Shown here: positions 38,987 to 51,389 of the stretch, piece by piece
How the letters are laid out: every line of letters begins with the position of its first letter
Position numbering within the stretch: position 1 is the stretch's first letter
Source of the DNA: Octopus sinensis
Taxonomy: Eukaryota
Assembly (NCBI RefSeq): GCF_006345805.1
Contig: NC_043000.1
Span: 164,424,001 to 164,488,000 of the forward strand
DNA length: 64,000 nt
Direction of reading: 5' to 3'
Translations under genes and position numbers: made by a program
Notes under the pieces: generated by a model
Seen by the model: only the letters and a program-made list of their open reading frames with translations
What the model was told of the DNA's origin: nothing
Database searches by the model: none

Positions 38987-41900
38987 TCTCTCTCTATATA
39001 AACGGCAGTTTGTCTGTGCGTGTTTCTGTGTGTCTGTTTTCTCGTACCCTCACTCTGACCACGGCTTTCAACCGATTCTGATGAAACTTGACACACACAT
39101 AGCCCAATGTCATAATGCAAGACTAACGCAGCGAAAATTTTGAAAAGTTCCCCCAGTTCTGAAAAAAATTGATAAATTCGACATGGGGTCGAGAATCAGA
39201 AACACGAACCACAGACTGTCTAGGGGACGCAACTCGAGAATCTAAGCTTTTTTTATGCAACGCATTATCTATGGTAGTTTTCACAACGTGCAATCGATTT
39301 TCACCAAATTCATGGTGAAGCTTAATGTTACCCTAAGAAACTCAATTCTGACGTTAGTTTTCCATGCAATACCTTACCATCAGAAACAATCGATAAAATC
39401 ATGCCATTTTGGGAAATCGCGTTCAATTTCAAGATGACATATTTTCGACAATATCTTTCACAAATTGGCAGGAATTTTTTTTTTTTCACAACGAGCATCA
39501 TGTCTGCTCCAAGGAGCTATATAGCCCTTTTTATTCCAATAGGATACATTATTGGAAAAAATCGGTTAATTTAATCATATGTGGCACACATAGCAAACAA
39601 ATTTGTGTATTAAACACAAACCAGACTGTCTAGGGGACGCAACTTGACCTTTTTAGCTATCGATAATTCGATCCAACCAATTCCTACCAGGAAGAAATTA
39701 CATTCGAGACTTTACCCCCAACACCACTTCTGCTAATAGCTGCTGCAGCCGCAAGTTATTCGAATACTTTTTTTGTTTAAACTTTCTTTATAACTACCAC
39801 CCCAAACGTTTTACCTTCAATTTTTGACGTACCCTAACGGTCCTCGGACGCTACCTGCAAATTCTTGGTTTATTATAAACCACTTTTGTCGTGTGCATCA
39901 AAAAAACTTTTCCTTTCGTTTGTTCAGTTTGATCACTTTTGACTTTTTCGTTGTTGTCACTCACATTGCTGCCCGCTTTTTAAACGTTTTTGTACATTTT
40001 TATACATTTTCGGATACTTACCCCACGAGCTCCTTTTTATTACACCTTTACCAAACACATTGCTATCCATCAAAATACTTACCCCACGTGTTCCTTTTTA
40101 TTACACCTTTGCCAAACACATTGCTATCCACCAAAATGCCACCCAAGAAGAGAAGGACCCTCCTCAGCCCTCGGACGGCCAAGGCATCGGCTGCTAGGGC
40201 TAGAAGGGCACGCGAGACCCACGAGGAAACCGCCTTGCGCCTCTCGCAAACAGCTTCCCGTTATGCCGCTGCTCAGGCATCTGAAACTACTAGCGACCGC
40301 TCTACCCGACTTGCAAGGGTCGCAGCGTACAGATCTTCCCTCCGCTCGAGGTTGACGAAAGAGCAACAGTCCAGCCAAAACATGCGGGCTTCTTACTGTG
40401 CTTCCATCCGCAGAGCTCGCGAGAACCCCGAACAAAGAGCCATTCGGAATGCAGCTAACGCCACTAGCACCGCCAGGACACGATCTGTCGAAACATCACA
40501 GCAGAGGAGAACTCGCCAAGATGCTGACGCCGCAAACAAAGCCATGGCCCAAGCTGCCGAAATACCTCAACAGAGGAGAGCTCGCCAAGCTGCTAACGCC
40601 GCAAACACAGCCAGGGCTCGATCTGCCGAAACTCCACACCAACGAACTATTCGGACATCCAGACATGCCATTAACACTGCTTCTGCTAGGGCTTCAGAGG
40701 GTGCTGAGGCGAGAGCTGAAAGGCTTTCAAGGGATGCCACTGCTACCGCTGTCGCATGTGCATCTGAATCTGCTGAGGCACGGTGCACTCGACTTGAGAG
40801 TATCAACAAACGTCGGGATATCATTCGTGGTGTACGTACCCCTGCCCCCGCTTTCTGGTTGTCACTAGCATTCAACTACGACGCCACAATTAACTTCTCC
40901 TTGCGTGACGACATCAAGATAGGGTCAATGACAATTGTATGCCAGTTTTGCAAAGCCAAGAAATGGCCCGGAGAGCCACCTGGTTTGTGCTGCTCTGGTG
41001 GCAAAGTGGACCTGCCACCACTACGGGAACCACCTCAACCACTGAAGGATCTCGCGGCGGGTTTAACCCCCGAATCGTCACAATTCCTTGAAATAATTCG
41101 AAAGTACAACTGCTCATTCCAAATGACCTCTTTCGGGGCCAAAATTCCTCCCAGAGAAGGCTGGATGCCTACTTTCAAAGTGCAGGGACAGGTCTACCAT
41201 CTTATTGGGTCACTTCTGCCAGACGAGATTCAGCAGTCTTCTTTCCTCCAAATATACTTCATTGCCGACTACAACCACCAGGTTGATGCACGCCTTGGAA
41301 TAATACCGGCTACAAGCTATGTTCCCCGCAAAGACATTCTTCTCCGTCTCCAAACCATGCTTCATGATATCAACAGCTACGTCTGCAGCTTCAGATATGC
41401 CTTGGACAGTGCTCCATCTCCAAACTTCACCGTTGTCATTGATGCTGATAAACGACCCCACGGGGAGCACAAACGCCGTTTCAACGCACCTGCGTGCAAC
41501 GAAATTGCCGCAGTCATACACGGAGAGCAACACAACAGCCGTGACATAATCATCTCCTCCGTGGTAACAACCTACACAGGATCAGCGAGACTCACAGATC
41601 TTATGACGCGCTTCAGTATCCATTGCTTTTCCCTTATGGGGAAGACGGCTACCACTTCGGAATTCCTTTACGGCAGCCCTCCAATCAAACTACTGCGGCA
41701 TCAAAGACGGTTTCCTGCAGGGCGTTCTACTCATACCGGTTCATGGTCAGGGAGGGTGAGTTCAACTTATTGCCCCGTTGTCGTCAGCTATTCAACCAGT
41801 TCGCCGTCGACATGGCCGCAAAAATGGAATCGGAAAGGCTGCTATACATTAAACTTAATCAGACCAAACTTCGCTCCGACTCCTACATTCATCTCCGTGA

Positions 41901-44900
41901 CGGTTTGCAACAAGAAAATGACCCTCGCAACATCGGCAAGCCATGCATTCTACCCTCCACCTTCACGGGAGGACCGCGATATATGCGTGAAAGGACCCAA
42001 GACGCCTTGACCTACGTGCGCATTTACGGCCGGCCGGACCTCTTTATCACCTACACGTGCAATCCCAGCTGCGACGAAATCACTCGCGAACTCCTCCCGG
42101 GTCAATCTCACACCCATCGACACGACATCGTTGCTAGGGTTTTCCGTCTGAATTTGGGCAAAATGAAGGATTTGATAGTTAAGGGTCAGATTTTCGGGCA
42201 TGTCAGGTGCCACATGTTTTCGGTCGAGTGGCAAAAGAGGGGCTTGCCACATGCTCACATCTTAATTTGGCTCACTCATAAAATCGAGACTAATGACATT
42301 GACAAATTCATTTCCGCCGAGATTCCTGACCCCGATGAGGACCCCGGACTCTACGAAATTGTCCGCACTACCATGGTACACGGGCCCTGTGGACCAAATT
42401 ACGCCAACACACCATGCTACAAAAACGGATTAGCCTGCTCAAAGGGATTCCCTAAACGGTTCACTTTGGAGACTCAAACAGGCGGCGATGGGTATCCGCT
42501 GTACAAACGAAGGAGTCGAGCCAATGGAGGCCGCACGATTACGGTTGGGCGACATCAAGTGGACAACAGCTACATTGTCCCCTACTGTCCTCTCCTGTCG
42601 AAGATATTCAAAGCCCACGTCAACGTTGAGTTCTGCAGCTCCATCAGGTCAATACAATATGTCTGCAAATATATCAACAAAGGCAGCGATGCTGCCATGT
42701 TCAGCATCCAGAGGACCACCAGTCGCGACGAAGTGTCCAACTACTTGGCTGGCCGGTACCTCAGCAGCAACGAAGCGTTTTGGCGCATTTACGGCTTCCC
42801 GCTCCATCAGAGACACCCGGCTGTGGTGCAGCTTGCTGTGGTGCAGCTTGCTGTACACTTGGAAAATGGACAGCAGATTTACTTCACAGAGCAAAGTGCT
42901 GTGCAGATAGCCACCAGCCCTAAAGACACAACGTTGACTGGTTTCTTCAAATTATGCCAACGTGATGACTTCGCTCGAACGCTTTTGTACCCACAGGTCC
43001 CATCGTACTTCGTGTTGTCTAAAAACACCTGGGTTCGACGGAAATCCAGCAAAAACGTCGAAAGCTTCCCAGGCGTCAAGTTTGACTCCTGCCTGGGTCG
43101 AGTTTACAACATCCCGCCAAACCAGCAAGAATGCTTCTACCTCCGTCTCCTTCTACATGAGGTCACTGGTCCAACAGGTTTCGCCAATATACGTACCGTC
43201 AATGGGGTTCTGTGCGACACCTTCAGGAAAGCATGTATGAGACTTGGCCTTCTAGAGGATGACTCCCAGTGGGACGCCACGATGGCAGAGGGCGCTTTAC
43301 TGCAAACGCATTCGGCCCTACGACATCTTTTCGCAATCCTTCTTCAAAAATGTCGGCTTAGTGATCCACTAAGTCTCTGGATGAAATACAGGGATGACAT
43401 GTCGCACGACTTCTTACGTACGGCTCAGCAACACTGCCCTTCCGCCGAGATCACGTTCACCAACTTCATTTACAATTTTGCGCTCATTCAACTCGAAGAC
43501 GCTGTCATCGATATGGGTGGGTCTGCTTTAACAGAGTACGGCCTTCCACCACCCACACGTGAACACGCCAATGTTATGTCTGCTGAATTGTTACGCGAAA
43601 CTTCCTACTGCATTGAGGAACTGCACCAGTACATCCAAGATAATGAACCACGGCTGCTTCCAGACCAGCGCATAGCCTACAACACCATCGTAGACTCTGT
43701 CAGACAGCAACGTGGGGGGATTTTCTTCCTTGATGCACCCGGCGGCACTGGCAAAACCTTCGTCACTAAACTAATTCTGGCAGAGGTCAGACGCAACACG
43801 GACATTGCCCTGGCTGTAGCTTCCTCTGGTATCGCGGCCACGTTGCTTCCGGGTGGCAGAACCGCCCACTCTGCCTTCAGACTCCCGCTCGATCTGGCAA
43901 AGTCCGAGTCACCTATCTGCAACATCGCCAAGAACTCAGAACAGGCCGACATTCGCGCAGATGCAAACTCATCGTATGGGATGAGTGCACTATGGCACAC
44001 AAAGGCGCCCTTGAGGCACTGGACAGGTCCCTGCAAGACATCAGAGACTCTATGGCCCCCATGGGAGGATTAACTTTACTTCTTTCAGGAGACTTCAGGC
44101 AGACTCTACCTGTTATTCCAAAAGGAACCCGTGCCGATGCCGTGCGCGCGTGCCTTAAGTCGTCAGCTCTTTGGGCACATGTGCGGCCCTTGCACCTCTA
44201 AACTAACATGCGCGCGCAGTTAATTGGTGACAGCGGATCCGCTGCATTCTCCAGGGACCTCTTATCGCTCGGTGAAAATAGGATGCTGTCTGATGCGGAT
44301 GGCTACGTTCAATTGGATTCACTTTGCACCATTGTCGACACCCCTGCTAGCCTCCGGGACGCTGTCTTCCACGACCTACAAAACAATTTACGCGACCTAA
44401 AATGGCTGGTAGGCAGAGCTATTCTCGCACCCAAAAATACAACCGTCAACTCCATCAATATCCAGCTACTTGAAGCTATTCCTGGTGATGTCCACGTCTA
44501 CAAATCTATAGATAGGACAGCAGACCCCGCCCAGCTTGCCGATTATCCTGTTGAATTCCTGAATTCACTTGAACCGCCAGGCCTGCCACCACACATCCTG
44601 AAGTTAAAAGTCGGTGCGCCCATTATGCTCATCAGGAATTTGGTTCCACCTAAACAGTGCAACGGCACACGTTTGGTTGTGAAACATTTGGCACCACATT
44701 TAATAACGGCCACAATACTTACCGGTTGTGGGAAGGGAGAGGACGTCTTCATTCCACGGATGCACCTTCAACCGTCGGGCGCTGACCTACCAATCCACTT
44801 CAGGCGTTCTCAGTTTCCTGTTAAACTCTGCTTCGCAATGTCCATCAATAAATCCCAAGGCCAAACGCTACAAGTCGCTGGGTTACATTTGGGCGAACAG

Positions 44901-45116
44901 TGCTTCGCCTACGGTCAACTCTACGTGGGCTGTTCACGCGTTGGGCGGCGCAATGATGTTTTCATGTTTTCGCCCAAACGGACAGCTAGGAACATCGTAT
45001 ATACAGAAGTATTCCACATGCACCTTCGTTCCCTGGAGGGAAAGGACTACATTGGGATTAGTCGTTGCCTACTAGGGGCTCTTACATACCCGGGCAACGC
45101 CGGGCTATGCTGCTAG
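38987..45116 (+). mobile_element. Full-length autonomous-type Helitron (~6.1 kb)
   Basis: 5' A|TC (tctctctctatataaacggc) at 38987. 3' hairpin cccgg-gcaacg-ccggg at 45089-45104, then CTAG|T at 45113-45116. No TSD. Encodes RepHel. Confidence 0.95.
40136..45116 (+). pseudogene. Helitron Rep/helicase (RepHel) with two frameshifts (~41555, ~43950) and one nonsense codon (44199-44201)
   Basis: MPPKKRR start at 40136; 23-aa repeats; CQFC...CC zinc finger. Rep motifs LFITYTCNP, VEWQKRGLPHAH (HUH) and YVCKYINK. Pif1 motifs DAPGGTGKT, ASSGIAA, IVWDE, GDFRQTLPV, AMSINKSQGQT, GQLYVGCSRV. Confidence 0.95.
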
Positions 45117-45214
45117 TATATATATATATATGTATAAATGTATTTATATGTATGTATATATATGTATGAATGTATTTATATGTATGTATATATATGTATG
45201 AATGTATTTATATG

Positions 45215-45250
<36 letters not shown>

Positions 45251-45400
45251 AATGTATTTATATGTATATATATATATGTATGAATGTATTTATATGTATG
45301 TGTACATATATGTATGTATATATATATATATATGTATATATATATGTATTTATATATATATGTATGAATGTATTTATATGTATGTATATATATATATATA

Positions 45401-46535
45401 TCATCATCATCATCATCATTTAACGTCCGCTTTCCATGCTAGCATGGGTTGGACGGTTCAACTGGGGTCTGGGGAGCCCGAAGGCTGCACCAGACCAGTC
45501 AGATCTGGCAGTGTTTTCTACAGCTGGATGCCCTTCCTAACGCCAACCACTCCGAGAGTGTAGTGGGTGATTTTATGTGCCACCGACACAGGTGCCAGAC
45601 AAGGCTGGCGAACGGCCACGCTCGGATGGTGTTTTTATGTGCCACCGACACAGGTGCCAGACAAGGCTAGCAGACGACCACGCTCGGATGGTGTTTTTAT
45701 GTTCCACCGACACAGGTGCCAGACGAGGCTGGCGAACGGCCACGCTCGGATGGTGTTTTTATGTGCCACCGACACAGGTGCCAGACAAGGCTAGCAGACG
45801 ACCATGCTCGGATGGTGTTTTTTATGTGCCACCGACACAGGAGCCAGATTAGGCTGGCGATCGGCCACGATTGGATGGTGATTGTTACGTGCCCACAGCA
45901 TGGAGGCCAGTCGGTGCGGTACTGGCTACGGCCACGTTCGGATGGTTTTCTTGTGTGCCACCGGCACTGGTACCACAAAGATACAAATTCCATTGATGTT
46001 CATCTATTTAGATTTTGTTTGATTTTCACTTGCCTCAAACAGGTCTTCACAAGTGTCACAAGAAGGAAGGTATGTACAGGTGGACTGACTACGTCCCAGG
46101 TAGGGGCCACGGGTTATGGCCTGACTAGTCTTGCCGGGTCTTCTCACGCACAGCATACTTCCATAGGTCTCGGTCTCTAGTCATTTCCTTGGTGAGACCT
46201 AAAGTTTGTAGGTCGTGCTTCACCACTTCGTCCCAGGTTTTCCTGGATCTACCTCTTCCACAGGTTCCCTCAACTGCTAGGGTGTAGCACTTTTGCACAC
46301 AACTATCTTCAGCCATTCTCGTCATATGACCAAACCAGCGCAGCCGTCTCTCTTGCACACCACAACTGACGCTTCTTAGGTTCAACTTTTCTCTCAAGGT
46401 ACTTACACTCTGACGATTATGAACACTGACATTACACATCCATCGGAGCATACTGGCTTCATTTCTTGCGAGCTTACGCATATCCTCAGCAGTCACGGCC
46501 CATGTTTCACTACCATGTAGCATGGCTGTACGTAC
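45401..46535 (-). mobile_element. RTE LINE 3' end (young, open frame)
   Basis: [12 protein letters not shown]...RRLRWFGHM...[14 protein letters not shown]; (CAT)n tail at 45401-45419. Confidence 0.92.
45570..45860. repeat. ~62-bp tandem repeat (4-5 copies) in the RTE 3' UTR
   Basis: Unit tttatgtgccaccgacacaggtgccagacaaggct...gctcggatggtgtt. Confidence 0.9.
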
Positions 46536-46598
46536 ACATATATATGTATATATATGTATGTATATATATATATGTATGTATATATATATATGTATGTA

Positions 46599-46635
<37 letters not shown>

Positions 46636-46695
46636 GTATATATATATATATGTATGTGTATATATATTATATATGTATGTGTATATATTAATATG

Positions 46696-46741
<46 letters not shown>

Positions 46742-46742
<1 letters not shown>

Positions 46743-47969
46743 GAGGGGCGTTCAATAAGTAATGCCCCTGACCCACTTGCAGTTATTTGATCTAGCTGAA
46801 ATTTTGCATGTACAATTATTTATATCTCTATAGATTAAGTGGCAAATTACAGCTCTGAACTAATTGTGGTTTCTGATTTACAGGTGTTTGAACTGAGTCA
46901 AGTGTGAAATGGAGCCTGTTGAGTGTCGAGCAGTGATCCGGTTTTTGTATTTGAAAGGACGCACACCATGGGAGACTTTTGATGAAATGAAAGTAACTTA
47001 TGGTGATGATGCCCCATCATATGACCTTGTAAAACGCTGGCATCGTGAATTCAAACATGGTCGGAACTCTGTGGAAACAGCTCCCAGACCTTGTCGCCCC
47101 CTTCTGCCATTGATGAGGCATCTGTCCGTCAAGTTGAGGCTGCCATTTCGGAAGATCGACGCATAACTATTTGCCAAATAGCCCATGAGGTCAAGATTAC
47201 TACTGGGTCTGTGGAAACTATCATTCGTGACCATTTGCATATGCAAAAGGTGTCTGCCAGATGAATTCCCAAGCTGCTCACATCTTTCCAGAAGCAAGAA
47301 CGCGTCGATTGCACAGGTTGAAACCTGGGTCCATCACTATGATCCAGAGACCAAAGCCCAGTCAATGCAGTGGACACACCTTGACTCACCTCCTCCAAAG
47401 AAGGCAAGGGTGCAGCTCGCTGCTGGCAAGGTCATGCTCACAGTCTTCTGGGACCAGGATGGAGTAGTGATGACAGATTTCCTAGCAAAGGGTGCCACAA
47501 TTACAGGAGCCTATTATGCTTCACTTTTGAGGAAATTAAGAGAAGCTATCAAAATCAAGAGGCGGGGCAAGATCAGCAAAGGCATCCTCCTCTTGCAGGA
47601 CAATGCTCCGGTTCACAACTCGCATGTCACCAGATCAGAAGCACAGGCATGCAGCTATGAACTCCTCCCCCATTCCCCTACTCTCCTGACCTTGCACCCT
47701 CTGATTTTCACCTCTTCCCAGTCATGAAGTTGTTTTTGAAAGGAAAGCGTTTCCCAGATGATGCAGCCGTGATTTCTGAAGTCACATCGTGGTTGGAGGA
47801 CCAAGCTGGGTTCTTCTACAAAAACGGTCTCCAGAGCTGCATCAAACGATGGGAGAAATGCGTAACTCTGGGTGGTTCCTATGTAGAAAAAGACTAATAA
47901 CTGTGCTAAGTTTCGTCGCTCTACTTCTATGGGAAGTGGGTCAGGGGCATTACTTATTGAACGCCCCTC

Positions 47970-47970
<1 letters not shown>
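46742..47970 (+). mobile_element. Mariner (irritans/Hsmar2-like TIR start CGAGGGG) with frameshifted, internally deleted transposase
   Basis: Perfect 37-bp TIRs cgaggggcgttcaataagtaatgcccctgacccactt. ORF pieces MEPVECRAVIRFLYLKG (46909), ETWVHHYDPE, LLQDNAPVH, YSPDLAPSDF, ending YVEKD* near 47897. Right flank TA, left flank CA. Confidence 0.95.
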
Positions 47971-48009
<39 letters not shown>

Positions 48010-48154
48010 CAGGAAGAAAATGGATGGAATTCAGAAGTAGTATTCATCAGCTGTTAGACATTATATTATGTCTATTTATTTATTTAAACCAGTTCAGATA
48101 ATATATAAATGCATGTGTAAAGTAGCAGTAGTTTTTAGAATAGAGAAAGAGGAG

Positions 48155-49250
48155 CAGTGTCTTACAGCTGTTTCTGTGAAGAGGTCACAATACTCCACAT
48201 GTTATTTGCATCTTTTCAGTGTACTGTAGTGATCTGTAGATAAAATCAGTGTACCTGGGTGTGCCTCTAGGCTTCGTCAGAGTTTAGAAGATAGTCTAAG
48301 GAGTTCAGATGGCTAATTTATGTATATATAAATATACATACATATATATATATACACACATACACTCACTTATATACATACACACATATATATACATATA
48401 CATAGAAACCTGCATGTACACACTTATAACAGAAGCAGTTATTAGTAAGTGTAGTACAATATTCTTACTAGAGAATGCATAAAAAGAGAAATAAGTGTAT
48501 AATCGAAGTAAATGATGGAGTTTGAAAGTGGCATAGTTTTGTAGAAATGCAAAGGCATATAAAAGGTGAAATATATATATATATATACACATGCATATAT
48601 ATATATATATATATACACATGCATGCATTATATATATGTATGTATGTATATATATATATATATATACACATGCATATATATATATACACATGCATGCATT
48701 ATATATATGTATGTATGTGTGTGTGTATATATATATATATATAATATATATATATATATATACATACATGCATTATATATGATATATTTATATATATACA
48801 TACATGCATTATTTATATATATATACATATGTTATATATATATGTATGTATGTATATATACGCACATAGACAGACATATTCCATGCATAAGGAAGGGTGT
48901 ATTCCTGCAGGGGATCGTATTTTCCTTGCATATAAATATGTATAAGCATACGATGTGTTTATAGTTGAGGGCCTGAGATCAAGGTCCCCATTGAGGGGAG
49001 AAAGTTTATATTAATAGTTGTGGTAGGAGTTGGTACTATAGGTAGTAAATCTCCTGGTAGTGACTAAGATACTGTGTGAGCTTCCGTTAGTTTTTCTAAT
49101 TAACAAGTTGCTGAATCCATCTGGGTAACGGGGAGGGGGTTATGGTCATTTGCGTAAACCTAATTGGTTTGCTAATTGTTTTGAACGGTCATGACGCTGT
49201 TATGGTTGGTTGGTGGTTAACAGATAACATAAATAAACAAATAAAAAAAA
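48155..49250 (-). mobile_element. Possible Penelope-like relic with a degenerate hammerhead core (48158-48285)
   Basis: Minus strand CTGACGA ...agagg...cctct... GAAAC AGCT GTA agac. Upstream sequence has only weak GIY-YIG-like traces. Confidence 0.35.
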
Positions 49251-49975
49251 AATATATATATATGACTGAAAACATAAAAACAAATAAGTCATGGTTAATT
49301 ATGGGCAGGTAGGAGAGTAAAAATTAATATTGAGACTTGATTCCATTGGATTAGATTACATTAATAATTATATAAGAATTATATAAGAAGTGGATGGGTT
49401 AATGAGTATAATAGGTTTAGAGTGATATAACTAAGGGGAAGTGGTTTTTACTAGACTGCTTACGAGAAATTATTACAAAGCTATAAAATCGCATATAATA
49501 AGTGTAATACATGTATCCGTTTGCTTAGAGGAATTAACTGTGTATTTACCAAAATATATGGGCAATACAGGGGGAAATTCTATGTCGAAGGTAATAAGGG
49601 ACAAAATATCAGAAGGGACCAGATATGTTATTTTTTGTAAGTTGTTACTCATCGCTAAAAACATGTTTACATCAGACACAGTACATTAAATGCAAGGCAC
49701 AATGCAAGAGTGTTGAGTTGTTCAATTGATCATCTAATCAGTCAATCAGTCCATCTATTTATTTAGTTATTTAAGTTTAGTGTTTTATTTGAGTGGGTGT
49801 AGCTAGTGGTGGGCATGTTTGCGTTGCCTTGGTTTTTACGTCTCGTCTCGTTTTGCTTAGTTGAAGGGGAATAACTCTTTGATTTAGAGCTAGAAATTAA
49901 AATACTTAATAATCAGATAGTAAGCTAATGAATCAATTAATTGGTTATGTATTGTAGTTGCATATCAATGCTTTC

Positions 49976-50008
<33 letters not shown>

Positions 50009-50284
50009 CATATACATACATACACATATATGTATATATAAATTCATGACCCAGTCTCAAGTAGTACTGCACAATGCTATTACTCTGCATATTTGTGCGT
50101 TGTAATTTGTTTAATTTTATTATAAAATATGAGCTAATCTATGTGTATTTGTTTAAGGTATATTAATAGAGGGATTATCAATGCTATTGCCTAAGCCATG
50201 TTTGTGTATATTATTATTATTATTATTATTATTATTATGGGAAAACATTTGCATAACATAATGGCGTGTTGTTGGTATTCATAT

Positions 50285-50692
50285 CTCTCTTTTACTTGTT
50301 TCAGTCATTTTACTGTGGCCATACTGGAGCAGCGCCTTTAGTCGAGTAAATCGACCCCAGGACTTATTCTTTGTAAGCCTAGTACTTACTTTATTGGTCT
50401 CTTTTGCTGAACCGCTAAGTTACAGAGACATAAATACACCAGCATCGGTTGTCAAGCGATGTTGGAGGGGGGGGCAAATACAGACACACAAACACACACA
50501 CATACATACATACACACACACACACATATACATACGACGGGCTTTTTCAGTTTCCGTCTACCAAATCCACTCACAAGGCTTTGGTTGGCCCGAGGCTATA
50601 GTAGAAGACACTTGCCCAAGGTGCCATGCAGTGGGACTGAACCCGGAACCATGTGGTTGGTAAGCAAGCTACTTACCACACAGCCATGCCTA
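50285..50692 (-). mobile_element. Family-1 SINE, full length
   Basis: Near-identical to 4600-4997. Confidence 0.85.
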
Positions 50693-51084
50693 TCTGTTCA
50701 TACTCTTGCTCCAACCATTTCAAATATAAATAGATAAATAAATAAAATTAAATGCACACACACACACACACACACCACACACACACATATATATATAAAA
50801 GAAAAGGTATGATTGCAGAGTATATCTCCTGATCTCCAAATGTTCTAATACTAATGCTAATCAGATATATATTAACACCATAATTTATGTCTGTACAACA
50901 TTTTATATGCACAACCATACTTGTCTTTACCTATACTCTGAAACTCGCCACGTATGTACACACACGCATAACTACATGCATATGCCTATTTCCATTACAA
51001 CATAAGTATATCCATAGATCCACAAATACTCCAATTAGAGTACTAATCAGATCTGTATTTTTATACCTATATTAACACGTGTAC

Positions 51085-51119
<35 letters not shown>

Positions 51120-51353
51120 GCCAACCCAGTCCGATTCCTCATTCTGAAATTCATATATCTATATATGTGTATATTCATTTTCAAAATATGCGTGGAAATA
51201 TCTATGACGAATCTTTTGAATCCTACCTATTTTGTCTTATATACCCATACAAGTATGAGCGCATATTTATACACACATCTATGTCCTAACTTATGACTAT
51301 ACTTGCATACTCGGATAATTATATATAACTGAATATACATATGTACATATATA

Positions 51354-51389
<36 letters not shown>

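Noticed and set aside
39824-40135. N-terminal ~104 aa of the 728-aa ORF
   Set aside because: TTG start, T-rich leader and tandem duplication; MPPKKRR at 40136 is the natural start.
40124-44752. Many overlapping and antisense ORFs in the Helitron
   Set aside because: Shadow ORFs of GC-rich coding sequence with no motifs of their own.
45570-45860. CRISPR-like regular repeats
   Set aside because: No unique spacers and no cas genes; the repeats are contiguous tandem units inside a eukaryotic LINE UTR.
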